Shown piece after piece: positions 1 through 12,647 of a DNA stretch of 64,000 nt; within the stretch, counting starts at the first letter, position 1; the number at the start of each line of letters is the position of its first letter. This DNA is from Octopus sinensis. Its lineage: Eukaryota. The stretch spans positions 93,806,001-93,870,000 of the forward strand of contig NC_042997.1 in the NCBI RefSeq assembly GCF_006345805.1. Reading direction: 5' to 3'. The position numbers and the translations under genes were made by a program. The notes beneath the pieces were generated by a model. The model worked only from the letters and a program-made list of their open reading frames with translations, did no database searches and had not been told where the DNA came from.

Positions 1-165
1 GTCGATGACAAACACTCTTCTCCCATTGCTTTCAGCAACAAAGTCAAGTTCCCCTCAGATTCTTCCTCCTCACTGTCAATTTCTTCTTCCTCATTCTCAA
101 TTTCTTCCTCCTCATTGTCAGTTTCTTCCTCAATATTCTCAGAATTCGCACGAAAAAGCATGGCA
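1..165 (-). CDS. Coding exon (runs off window edge) of uncharacterised minus-strand gene; Glu-rich tract
   Basis: Acceptor tttctaatatcag| at 167/166. Reads AMLFRANSENIEEETDNEEEEIENEEEEIDSEEEESEGNLTLLLKAMGEECLSS with no stop. Phase 2 matches the exon ending at 3020 (AG+T=Ser). Confidence 0.7.
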
Positions 166-1026
166 CTGATATTAGAAATAAATTACTATCAAAGCATAGA
201 GCACTTGCATTTATACAGTACATAGTATATATTTTTTGGAGCTTGTAATTATTTCTAGAAAGGAAAATGCAAAATGGTAATGTTTGATACCACTTTTACG
301 TGACTGTTCTTTGCAGAACAAATGTTACTACATCTTAACGCCAGGAAAACATCTTTTCTTGCTGGTTAATGACACACAACCTATGTCTGTTTTATTGCAA
401 GTAAGGGAGTGAACCACTCCCACTCCAACAGCAAAACCAATAGACTGGGTAGTTTCTCAGTACTGGACATTTGCCTGTTAGAGATGGCAGCTATCCATCC
501 TTACTCACAATATATAAACAAAGCAGGAAATCGTTTTCCTGGGGTTAAAATGTAGTAACATTTGCTCTGCATAGAACAACCAAGTAGAAGTAGTATCAAA
601 CATAACTGTTTAGTAATGTTATGTGAATCTCTGAATTTGCAGCTACCGTCCAACCCATGCTAGCATGGAAAGCGGACGTTAAATGATGATGATGATGATG
701 ATGATGAAGCTTAAAAAAAATCCTGGCATCAAAACAGTGGCATTTTCATTATTCGTTTTTCTTGAAAAATATCTCTGCTCTGTTTACTTAAAAATTTATA
801 CATTATATTGCAGTTTGTGAACAGGTTTATGATTTCAACAAAGGGCCAGTCAAGAGTTCACAGTCAAAGGCCAGTTAAGAGTTGACCGTAAGTGTGATGA
901 GCAAGTGTATGGTACTTGATTAAGAACAAAACAAGAAACTGTTTTTAAAGCACTGATATTTGGGTTTTCTTACTGATGTTTATAGCCTTCCACAACATAA
1001 TAGAGAGAGAATGTGTGTGTGTGTAT

Positions 1027-1300
1027 GCGTGTGGTTTAGTGGTTAGGTTATTCGACTCGTGATTGTAAGGTCATGAGTTCAATTTCCACTTGATTCATTG
1101 CATCGTTGAGCAAGACACTTTATTTCATGTTGCTCCAGTCCACTCAGCTGGCAAAAATGACATGTACGCATGTTTCAAAGGACCAGCCTTGTCACATTCT
1201 CTGTTATGCTGAATCTCCCTGAGAAATACATTAAGGGTACATGTGTTTGTTGAGGGCTCAGCTATGTGCACATTAATTTCACAAGCAGGCTGCTCTGTTG
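1027..1300 (+). mobile_element. tRNA-derived CORE-type SINE
   Basis: A-box gtggtttagtggttagg, B-box gagttcaatt, CORE-like ttgagcaagacactttatttcatgttgctccagtccactcagctgg. Confidence 0.7.
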
Positions 1301-1413
1301 ACTGGCGTTGTTTGTTTCCAACCTTTCATGACATAAGAACATGTCAGGTCATGGGGAAATGTTACTTTGCTTGGAATAAAGTAAGTATTGGCAACAGCAG
1401 TACTAAATCTACC

Positions 1414-2701
1414 TCATTTACATAAGTCAAATGGAAAAGTGGATTTTAAAAGGGTGACAGTGATAAAACACACACCATATTTTTTTTAATGCTGGTATGG
1501 GTTGGCCAAACTTAGGGCAGTATTCTATGGTCAGGTATCCTTCTTATTGGTAATCCTTACCTGTTTTTTTAAGTAAGGTATTTTGCTTCCACTGGTCTTC
1601 CCAAAGCAAAAGAAGCAAAGATACAGACATATTGTTTATAAAAGTAAATATATCACCATTAACCATGCAGTGTCACCAGGAAAATGTGGAAGCACACACA
1701 CATGTACAGTTTCCCCTTGGTTTGCATGATACTCAGCTTGCAGTAACAATTTAGCACATTTGGGCTTCAAGGCAAAATCCCCTACCCCTTTTTTGTAGTT
1801 AACCACTACTTTGCTTGTCATTTTTGTTTCATTTAGCCTTCACCTCATTTAGTTGATAGTGAGACACACCACACTCTAAACTAACCCCCAAGTTGGAATC
1901 ATTTAAAAAAAATTTTGTTTAATATTTTTGAGATTGGAAAGAGTTCAAGAGTTCTTTAGAAATTACAAAACAGTTTAAAGTAATTATAACAACAATTTGA
2001 AAAAAAAAAAATTTCCAAATATAACTGCTGGTTTTTCAACACATATTATAAAAACAGTAGGAAAAGCTCTTATCATTATTATTTAGGATAGAAGATAAAA
2101 TTGGATATTACAACAGCACCTATACACACACATGTACATAGCTGTCTATGTATCATACGTAATGTATACACACTGTTGATAGGTTAGTTACTGTAGTATT
2201 TGTCTTGAGATAACATTACCTATAGACTTGCTGTTTTAAAAAGACAATAATACCAGAGGGGCATATATACTCATCTTATTAGGTTGTCAAGAAAGTTCTT
2301 GCAGTTTTTAACCTTTAAATTCAGATTAGGTTGTTAAGAAAGTTCTTGTGGAATTTTAAATTTTGGTTTTAAATGATGTATTTTCAAACTAATTTTCATA
2401 AAATTACTTTGGCTTTATATATCATTTTAAAGCCTGTTTATCGCTCTATCTAATCGTGTTACTCTTTTTCTTTTATAAACAATATGTCTGTATCTTTGCT
2501 TCTTTTGCTTTGGGAAGACCAGTGGAAGCAAAATACCTTTACTTAAAAAAACAGGTAAGGATTACCAATAAGAAGGATACCTGACCATAGAATACTGCCC
2601 TAAGTTTGGCCAACCCATACCAGCATTAAAAAAAATATGGTGTGTGTTTTATCACTGTCACCCTTTTAAAATCCACTTTTCCATTTGACTTATGTAAATG
2701 A
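1414..2701. repeat. Inverted duplication: 1414-1644 vs 2470-2701 (231/232 bp)
   Basis: By eye the arms are reverse complements apart from one T indel; spacer 825 bp. Confidence 0.9.
2277..2360 (+). mobile_element. Two tandem mariner-like TIR copies
   Basis: tattaggttgtcaagaaagttcttgc and attaggttgttaagaaagttcttgt resemble mariner TIRs (ttaggttggtgcaaaagt...). Confidence 0.4.
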
Positions 2702-3019
2702 TGTTGCAAATTGCCACCCAGCTGATTAAAAATCCAGTATGTGCAACAGAGGCAATATTTTTAATCAGCTGGGTAGCTAATTAAAAATGCATCTGCCACT
2801 CTTGCTGGCTGCAGCTGGGATGAATTTTTGCCTCTCTCTGATATTTGTCTTTTTAACACAGCAAGCCCAGAAGAGGTGCTATCTCAGGACAACTACTGCA
2901 ATAACAGGCCTATCTACAGCATATACATTAAGTATGATACATAGAAGGCTGTTCTTCCTATTAATCTAAGCAACTCAGTTGCAAAAAAAAATTTAAAAAT
3001 GTCAAATGTATTAACATAC

Positions 3020-3076
3020 CTTTCTGCTTCTTCCCATAATTCTGAAATCTTTTTCGCAATTCTGAGGTCGAATTTA
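3020..3076 (-). CDS. Internal coding exon (57 nt, phase 2-2)
   Basis: Pyrimidine tract ending ttccag| and donor |gtatgt. Reads KFDLRIAKKISELWEEAE. Only this acceptor keeps the frame open after the upstream exon (TG+T=Cys; the alternative AGs give TGA). Confidence 0.7.
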
Positions 3077-3584
3077 CTGGAATTGACCAGATCAATGACA
3101 AAATGAACAATTTTAAAGATTTCAATATTTATGAAGTAATTTACACATTTTCCAATATTTCAGAATAGTTCTGTTTTGTTTGTTTGCCAATCTACACATT
3201 ATTAAAAACACCAGCAGAAAAACCACCTTCAATGCAGTTTTTTGCTTGTCACTAAATCATAAATATTTACACTTTTGATTTCTAATCGGTATAACTCTTC
3301 TGATATGTTATGTCTAATTTTCCTTTGTATCTTTTATTTGCTCACTAAATATTTCTTTCATTATTTTATTGCAGTCTTAATGTCTTTTAAACAAACTCAA
3401 AAAGTAGTCTCTGCATGGTTATTTAGAATGCTGGAAATAGCCGGAATCAGGAATCAAAAGGGTATAATCAAAGGTCTACAGCACACGAAACAGCCATACC
3501 AACAAATCTACCACTGATAGTTCCTTTTCAAATTATGGTGGCATCTCTGGAAAATTTCATTTTATTAAAAAATACTCATATAGA

Positions 3585-3940
3585 TTGTGTAGTAAGAAGT
3601 TTGTTTCTCAACCACATAGTTTTGGGTTCAGCCTCACAGCGTGGCACCTTGGGCACTTTGGGCTGACCAAAGAATTGCTTGTGGATTTGAGAAAGGGAAA
3701 CTGAAAGAAGCTTGTTATATACATATATCTATGTGTGTGTGTCTTTGTATCTGTTTGTGCTCCACCACTACTTGACAACTGGTGTTGGTGTGATTATGTT
3801 CCTGTAACTTAGCGGTTTCGCAAAAGAGACTGATAGAATAAGTACCAGTCTTAAAAAGAGAAAAAAAAAAGTACCGAGGTCAAAATTCTTTAAGGTGGTG
3901 CCCTAGCATGACCGTAGTCTAATAACTAAAACAAGTAAAA
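3585..3940 (+). mobile_element. SINE (aagaagtttg...gtggcaccttgggca...gactgaaacaagtaaaa family); other copies at ~5805-5990(-), 20825-21000, 23150-23340, 26660-27050, 45480-45800, 51445-51900
   Basis: Recurrent blocks ggttcagtcccactgcgtggcaccttgggcaagtgtcttctactatagc and ccgtaacttagcggttcggcaaaagagaccgatagaataagtac. Confidence 0.75.
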
Positions 3941-5369
3941 AATAGATTTAAATTCCAAAAGGTGGCCTTTTCAGCAAGTTTGTGTAATTTTTCAGAAGTA
4001 CTGATCACTAAAAGTGGATGGAAGAGAGAGACCCAGGAAAACATGGGATGAACTATTGAAGGTTGAGCTCAAGACACTGAGCCTTATGAAGGAGATGACT
4101 AAAGATTGAGATATCTGGTGCATTGCCACAGCAGAAATGATATCAGTGCTGGTGAGAGAGAAAAAGAGAGAAAAAAGGAGAGCGAGAGAGAGAGAGAGAA
4201 GACAAAGATGGAATGCAATCACAGTGTTAAAAAATGCTACCTTGCAGTGAATTAAAATTAGTTTTCTGTAATTTGAAATTTTTAATAATAAAAGGAAGCT
4301 AAAACTACACTTTGATAAAAATATTAAAATTAGAATTTTCTAGAAAATGCAGACTTTATTAACTGCATTCTTTCAGTAAAAGTTACATACTCCAAACAAA
4401 TAAATAAGCAGCTTTCTTTATTATAGTATAGATGTATAATGATTTATACCTTTACTTTTTAGTTAGTTATTAGAATATGCTTCTTATGTTGTAGCTCTAC
4501 CACCTGCACACTGATGTTGACTGTATCTTCATTTTTAATTCTAAACCAGGGATATAGCACATGTTAGGGAGTTTCAACATGATTCTATGTAAGATCTTCC
4601 TCATATATTGTAGGATTCCTGGTTTGTCTCCTTGCTATGACAATCGAATCTTCTACCCTTATGAGAAACATGTCCTGTATGTTGAATATATCTAGTAGAG
4701 TGTATATGTTAAGTAAGGCTCAATCAGTATTCATTGGCAATTTCCTTACAAGTGCAACTGATTAATTTGTAATACATTTTGCCATTACTATTGTGACCTT
4801 ACATATAGCTTTTAACAAAGTTGAAATGTCAAAGGTGAATGTAAACTAATAATTGAAATGTCTACTCCATCAAAATATTACAATGAATTTTCAAGAGTAT
4901 ATCAATTATTGACTAAAGTTTTTCCTCCTTATTGCACAATTATTTTATTTTTAGTTACCTTTTTAAGAGTACATTAAAATATGTTACCACTAACTTAAAC
5001 ACTGTTTTTTCATGGGGATCACATCTCTATTATTTATTCTCTAAACCAATCAGCATACAAGTTTTCACATTCACATTACTTCAGAAAGGACAACAACATC
5101 CATGCTTTGCCAATGAAACTTTAATAAGAATGAAACATGTTCTGAGTTGCCTCCCATATTTCCTAAAGTAATTAAAATGTTATCAATCATTGACTAATAT
5201 TCCCTCACCACCCTCAACAGATTATCTTCAGTTAGCTTTTCAATGGTCTCTGCACTGAATTCAACAAGTAGAAATAAATGGCTGATAACTGCAGAGCAGT
5301 AGATATTAGTTAAATTCTTATACACAATATTTTGTTTTTGAAAATATTGAAAGGAAGTTATTGATTTAC

Positions 5370-5458
5370 CATGGCGTCAGCCGGTATTTAGGCCAGTATC
5401 CTTCTTCATTGTTCCAAACATCAAAAACTTTTATTGTGATTATATAATCTGATTTCTC
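5370..5458 (-). CDS. Internal coding exon (89 nt, phase 0-2)
   Basis: Strong acceptor ctttccttttttttctttattag| and donor |gtaaat. Reads EKSDYIITIKVFDVWNNEEGYWPKYRLTP(C). Confidence 0.75.
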
Positions 5459-7915
5459 CTAATAAAGAAAAAAAGGAAAGAATTAACAGTGCCAACTGCT
5501 ACAGCAAAACTTTACAAGTTGTCATATAATTCAAACTATATTGCTGACACATAGTAATTCCTTTTAGATTTAATCCTTTGCCAGTCAAGTGATACACAGG
5601 ACATATTTCCCTAGAGTCCATGCATCATATATGATATATAGTCCCAGTTTTTTTTATTCAGCCACCACAGTAACTTGGCACTTACGACAGGAAAGCTTTT
5701 TGTTATTCAGATCGTATTAAACAAGGGCTGGCTAAAAGCCTAAAAACAAGCATGGATGTTTACAACAAACAAAATGCTTTAGACTGGTAGAGACTTAATT
5801 CTTTTACTTGTTTCAGTCATTAGACTGTGGCCATGCTGGGGCACCACCTTGATATTTTAGTTGAATGAATTGACTCCAGTACTTGTCTTTTAAAGCCTGA
5901 TACTTATTCTAATGGTCTCTTTGGCTGAACTGCTAAGTTACAGGGATGCAACCACACCAACACCAGTTATCAAATGGTGGTGTTGGGACTGATATTTTCT
6001 TTATTTTGCACAAGCCCAATATTTTTTAGATGAATGAATATTGTAAATTGTATAGGCCCCAGAGCATTATTAGTACACACAGCATCAAAAGATAGAAAGT
6101 CAAACAGATTTTAGTGGGATTTCCATTCAGAACAAGATATAAAACTAAACACAGAAAAGTATTTAGCTCCATTCTCTACTGTTTTGACCACCCTTTCGAT
6201 ATTTGAAGTATTATCAAGTCTTATATTGGCCACTAAATACGCTACACAATCATTGAATGACAGAGTACACCAGAAGAAAATAACTGCTTAAGTATTACAT
6301 AGCAGATGTGAGAGAGTGTTGAGAATGATAGCAGATCATGATCCAAGAATATCTGCTGAATCAGAACCAAACTGGGTCTAAAATAAGCAATATGGATCAT
6401 GATCTGCTATCATTCTCAAAACTCTCTCACATCTGCTGTCGATGGCCTCATCTCCTGCACTGCCACTTATCACTTCTTCCTTCCTTAGCCACTCTTATTT
6501 CTCCCCACCACTCATACTAATATTTACCTTCAACCACAGCTCCAACCTTGTTCCTTCCATTACATTCAACATCCTATCTATAACCATCAGTCACTTTCCT
6601 CTCACACTCCGGTGAACTTCCCAATCCTTTCTTTGTGTTATCTCTCACACTCACCTTTTATATCTTGAGAGTACACTCAGATATCTTGTAACTACATCAG
6701 TCTTCTTACTCAATACTTATATAATTACTTATATAATCTCTCAACAATAAGCATAAAACTTTATCCCTCTCTACTAAAACCCCAAGTTAAGGAGTCTTCT
6801 TTGTCATGAAAAAAAACAAAACACTTAGTACACTCTGTAAAGTGGTTGGCATTTGGAAGGACATCTAGCAGTAGAAGCTATACCAAAGACAATAAAACTC
6901 ACAGTCTTCTGGCTCACGGATCCCATCACACTGCTTAACACAAGCCAGCATGGATGACAAACACTAAATGACTTGAGAACTGCAATCTGTGAATATTACA
7001 ATCTATACAAATATAAATAATACTTAGTACTCACTTTAGTATCCGCTAACGTTAGTTTAATATCCCAATCAGTGACTCTTATAAGGGATCGTTCCCAGCA
7101 TGCCCGTTCAGTTTCTTCAAGGCTAAATAAATATATATGTTTAAAAGGGAAATGAACAGAAACGAAAGATGAAAATCAACTTGATTCAATATACTTTTCA
7201 AAATACAGAGTTGTATTAAGGGGTTGTAATCTTTGTATATGACTAAGTTTACCAACCAGTATTTGTAATGATGGAATTTTATGGCTCAGTACATATAGCA
7301 GCAAATAAAATGTTGTTGGTGTTTGGCCTCTCGCATCAATCCTCTTCTAGTAGACCTATGGTCAAAGGCATTCCAACTGTGAATATCCTGTCTTTCAGAA
7401 AACACAACTCACATTGTGGACCAGTGATTGTCGTAGTGGTGAGTTGCCATTCTTATCATCATTTAATGTCTACTTTCCAAGCTGGTATGGGTTGGACAGT
7501 TTGGCAGGATACAAAGAGTAGGAGGTCCACATCATCCTTCTGTGTCTGCTTTCGTATGATTTCTACAACTGGATACTCTTTTTTAATGCCAGCCCCTTTA
7601 TAGAGGGTCTTCATTGCAAAGTGAGTTCACTTTGTAACTTACAAGACTAAAGGGTCTTTTATAACTGAGGGAGATTAGGTAAGAGAGTGTGATGATTCAA
7701 ATCAAGGTGATGAGAGAGGGTAAAGAAAAGAACAGCTTTATAGGTTTGAGAGGGTGGTTGCACAAAGAGAACAGAGTAGACACTATTAGAGGAGAGGTAT
7801 ATAATGAGTGAATGAATTGGAAAGAGTAAAAGAAGGAAGGTGATCAACAGGTGGGGTGGTGGAACTCAGAGATGCAATAAGTGGGGGAAATCGCAAGATA
7901 CAAATATACATATGT

Positions 7916-7957
<42 letters not shown>

Positions 7958-8449
7958 TTGTAAAAAAGAAGTTTGAAAACGCCACTATCTCTTATTATAA
8001 AAGGCAGATTTTATCTGCCTCCCTTTGGGAGTTATACAAATCTACAATATAGGATTTCTTCAATTACAATTTACCTACCATTTTTAAGAGTACAATGCAT
8101 CGCGTCATGCCAGGTCCAGTTTTTAAAATTTAAACTCCAATTAAGCAAAATTTACAGAAAACTCACATTCTGGTGTGTGTGTCAAATGCTTTTCCTAGTC
8201 TGGTTTACACCACACGCAAACGCACACACACAGTGGGCAACGAATAAAGTGAAACTAGATGTAATATTTGTTTCTCTCTATCACGCTGATAGATACATGA
8301 GTAAAATGTATGGGAAGCTAACACATAAGTGTGAGTGAAAATGTTCTTGGAAGAGAGTAAATAGCCAGAGATAGTGATTTGAGGAAGACTTTACATTAAA
8401 TAACCGTACTGGCTTGTGTTAGTAATAAAGTAAACATACACTCATACAT

Positions 8450-8482
<33 letters not shown>

Positions 8483-8543
8483 TACATACACACACATACA
8501 TACACACATACATACATACATACATATACATACATACATACAT

Positions 8544-8574
<31 letters not shown>

Positions 8575-9004
8575 TACACACACACAGTATTGAAGCTTGA
8601 GAACAATCAGATACATTTGCAACACATCTGTTGAAAATATTATTGTTCACACACATACATATACATATATACATACAGACAGACAGACAGATAGACACAC
8701 ACACACACACATGATCCAGCATGGCCACAACCTCAAGGCTGAAACATATAAAAGAATAACAGAATATAAATGTGTGCATGTGTGTGAGAGAGAGAGTGTG
8801 TGTGTATATGTATGTATGTATGTATGTATGTATATATATATAATAATGCGGTTTTTTCAACAGCTTGAACTAAAAGTCAGAGGGGAATGGGATAAACTAC
8901 TTATATTAACTTGCTATAAAAGCAGGTAGTAATTTTATCTTGTCCTTATTCATAGTGCAAGTTTTGAAGAGTGCATTTCGATTTTAACAGCTATTTTTTT
9001 CAAA

Positions 9005-9280
9005 GCTATATTGGAACAGCCTAGAAGACGAGCCTCATCCTGAAAGATCTGTAGAACTCGACAAGGACATCCTGAAAACCCTGGTGGAACAAAATCTCAT
9101 CGTAACTGTTGAGGAACTAGCAGAGAAGCTTGGATTTGGTCATTCAACCATTCATTGAGACCTGTGTGCTATCGGAAAAGTCAGCAAATTGGGTCAATGG
9201 GTTCCTCACGAACTTTCCGAGTCTAATTGCATGCAGAGAGTGAATGTATGCTTTTCTTTGCTGTCACATCTCACCACTAC
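9005..9280 (+). mobile_element. mariner transposase remnant (HTH region), cut off just before the Helitron
   Basis: EDEPHPERSVELDKDILKTLVEQN...TVEELAEKLG...STIH...GKVSKLGQWVPHELSE contains the WVPHEL motif. Confidence 0.85.
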
Positions 9281-9293
9281 TGCGCTATGTATA

Positions 9294-9930
9294 TCTATAT
9301 ATATAAAACTGTAGTTGTGTGAGTGTCTGTCCCCTTCGATTTAGATTCCTAACTACTCCCACATTTTGCGGTGCAGTTTAACCAAATTCGGGTAGCTTAT
9401 AGTCGTGATTCATATCGAGCCCGTCTGAGTATTAGCGCGCGTCTACGATGAGTCTACGATTTTAAAAATAATTTAACATCATTTTTTATTCCATTTTAAT
9501 GCATAATTTTTCGTGTGTCGATGGCGGCGGAGTTGGCGTCCACGCTCACACCTGCACCTGTGGGGAAGGGAGTGCAAGGAAATCAACGTCGTAATGCGTT
9601 GTCAAGGAGACCAGCGTTCTTTTAGAACAACGACTTCATGGCTTGAAGACACCAAAACAGAAATGGGTAAGAAAGCGTCTACATGAGTCTACGATTTAAA
9701 AAAAAATTTACCATCGTTTTTTTTCCATTTTAATGCATTTTTTCACTATTATATAAGGGAAGTAACTCTCTAAAAATGTCTACGATGAGTCAACGATTTT
9801 TCAAAAAATTGACCATCATATTTTTTCCATTTTTAATGCATTTTTTGCTATTTTTTGGCTATAACTCTCTAAAAATGCTTATATAGTTATTTCCCTTACA
9901 AACCCGAGCAACGCCGGGCGATACTGCTAG
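9294..9930 (+). mobile_element. Non-autonomous Helitron, both termini intact
   Basis: A|TC start (tctatatatataaaact), subterminal hairpin cccgagcaacgccggg, CTAG|T end, and three internal tctacgatgagtctacgattt-like repeats. Confidence 0.75.
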
Positions 9931-11109
9931 TATTAGATAAATTTTAATTTTCTTATGAATTTTACATGTTTCGGTTCTTGAAAAAACGAACCTTATCAAA
10001 AATATTATAAAAAGTGCAATGGAAAAGTTCATAATTGTTTCTTACTGGTCTCAATAGAATCCATGTTCTTGCAAAAACGAACCTTATCAAATATATTATA
10101 AAAAGTGCAATAGAAAAGTTCATAATCGTTTCTTACTGTTCTCAATAGAATCCATGTGGTGGTGTTTTGTCGGTAGTTGGTATAATCGCTATATTACTGT
10201 TGAGTGTAGTGAAGAAATATATATCTTTAAATAAATTTGAGTGGTGTTTCTCTGTCTGTTATGTTTTTATGTTCGTTAACTCCTCCTAGACTGTTTCCTA
10301 ATCCCAGGAAATGTCCTAAGGGGATCTATGTTTTTAAGGGCCACCCAGCTGGAGCTCCACTGATGCCCACCACTAATTTTGCTGCATTTAAAACTAAATA
10401 CATGGCATTGGCAACCATATTGGAGTAATGACAATGGATTTCATACCATGAACTCCCAGGGAGTATAGTAAGGAGGTTCAATTTCTGAAGGGCAGCTTAA
10501 ATGGGGCCCCACTGACCTATTTTTACTGCATATACCTCGCTCCTACGCTTATTAATTAAACTATGATCACCATCAGCGCTTAGCGTATTTGCAGAAAAAA
10601 GTTTGGGCATTCTAAATACCTTCACATACATACCAATCAAGATAAAGAGTTATAGCAGGTATGTTTCAGGTGTGGTAGTGTGGATATTTATATTTTGCAG
10701 TTTATGAAACTTATGTCTAGGTGGAAAACTAAAATCTTCCTGTTCCAGTTACAGTATCCTACTGAAATGGATCCTATTCATTTTATCTCAATTTCATTTT
10801 GATATTTTTTTGGAAATGGTGAAGTGATGGAAAAATTATGATAGTTATAATAGTCATAGATTTCACCTGTTTAGTACAAATGGAGGTTCAAGTCTAAAAG
10901 TATGAAGTGAATTAATTACTACAGTGAGTTTGGAAGCACATATAACTTTGTGAAAGTGTCACAAATTTTCATCATCTGAATAAAATGAAAAAAAAACATG
11001 GAAAATGGATTGCGAAGGCCTTAAAGGTGCCCTCCACAGGAGCCAGCCCGAATGCCACCCAAAGGGCAGCTTCAAGGCTAGTATATATATATATATGTGT
11101 GTGTGTGAG

Positions 11110-11145
<36 letters not shown>

Positions 11146-11294
11146 TAAACAAAAATGAGCCAAGAGAAATAACTCAGAGTAGCCAGTGGTATGTATATGA
11201 ACAACATAGACAAATATAGGAATATCAGATACCATTCAATATAAATTCTTAATTTATTAAAATTATCCTTGCCTAAAGAGGATGCCGCAATTAC

Positions 11295-11361
11295 CAAATG
11301 GCAAATGAGAATAGTTCTGTATGAGTAAGGGAGATAATCAAGATTCAAGAATTCTTCACAG
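11295..11361 (-). CDS. Internal coding exon (67 nt, phase 2-0)
   Basis: Acceptor catatcag| and donor |gtaatt. Reads CEEFLNLDYLPYSYRTILICHL. Its phases bridge the 12487 and 5458 exons exactly. Confidence 0.6.
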
Positions 11362-12486
11362 CTGATATGCTATTGAGGAAAAGGATAGGGTTAAGAGGAT
11401 AGTAGTGGACACATGTTTCTATTTCACTAGATGTCATCAGCACGACAATTGCTCAACCTTACCTCCATAGCTAGGAGACTTAATTATATACAAAAGAAGT
11501 ACAACACAATATGGGCCAAGGTAATTTGCATATGTATCAATACATCCTTCTATCTTGCAAGCTACATCTAATTCTTGTTATATGTGTGATTAAATGCATT
11601 CCAGTGTTACTATTCAGTATTTTCACTAGGTGCAGTATATCCTTGAATGCATTAAGCAACATACCTTCCTGTGCAAGCGAAACCTAGAATCAAAGGGCCT
11701 TAAGGTTACATAAGAGGTGCAGTGGAATAATAGGAAGTTTATCAGAAAAGGTAGCATTTGTATGTGGAAGATACACAGGAGCCATAAAAACTACTGCTTT
11801 ACTCAAGAAGACCCATCCACCACAGCAGAATTGAGACTAGTGCTGGTGACATAGAAAAAGCACCCAGCACACTCTGTGGGACGGTTGGCATCAGGAAGGG
11901 TATGCAGCTGTAGAACCCATGCTAGAACAATGGAGCCTGGTGCGGCCCGCAGGCTTACCAACTCTAGTCAAACTGTCCAACACAATTAGATTTATTTGTT
12001 AATTCTAATAGGATGTACGACTGTATTGAACAAGCTTAGGTATGCCATTTTGAAAGTCTAGAGAGATGCAGTTTGCTCGTGACTGGTGTAGAGATTTCTC
12101 TGGACTGATTAAATTTAAAAAAAAATCCCTATGCAAGCTGATGCTAACCCTGGATCGGTTTTGAGAGGTGTTCCAACCATGACCATATTGACTAGTATTT
12201 TTGTGATCCTTCATCAAAAAATTCTTTCATGAAAAGCATTCTAACATTTGTTTTTCCTCAGACACCGTGTATCTAGGACAACATTACCCAATGTTCCTTT
12301 CCGTTTATTTTAAGACAGTTGAGTGTGATTTGAAAGGGAATTGCCTATTTCTCGCAGGTCCAACAACAACGTTTAGATACTTTCTTGTTAGCTCTGTCAG
12401 GTGGATCTAACTAGAAAATAGGGTTAGAAAAGTTAACAAATAATTGGCGAACACGAAAAAAGTACAGCAAATGAAAATAACCTTAC

Positions 12487-12647
12487 CTTTCAAAAGAAGA
12501 CTCAGGAAAATTGGCTCTCATAATAACTTCTCCATCTCCGACAATCTTAACCATGGTGCCATCATCCAGTGGGCCATCACAATGCTGTTGATCATATATA
12601 ATAATTTTACAAACAACTGGACTGGATCGAAGTGGGAATATATAATA
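12487..12647 (-). CDS. Internal coding exon (161 nt, phase 0-2)
   Basis: Acceptor atctttttag| and donor AG|gtaagg. Reads YYIFPLRSSPVVCKIIIYDQQHCDGPLDDGTMVKIVGDGEVIMRANFPESSFE with no stop. Confidence 0.75.

Noticed and set aside
8396-8929. ORFs rich in YI/CV/HT/TH (also ~16.1-16.4, 27.5-27.9, 44.6-45.1, 50.4-50.6, 52.5-52.9, 58-60 kb)
   Set aside because: Translations of microsatellites; not genes.
10630-10980. Several GT/AG pairs suggesting extra exons of the left gene
   Set aside because: Each combination tested gave in-frame stops or incompatible phases.
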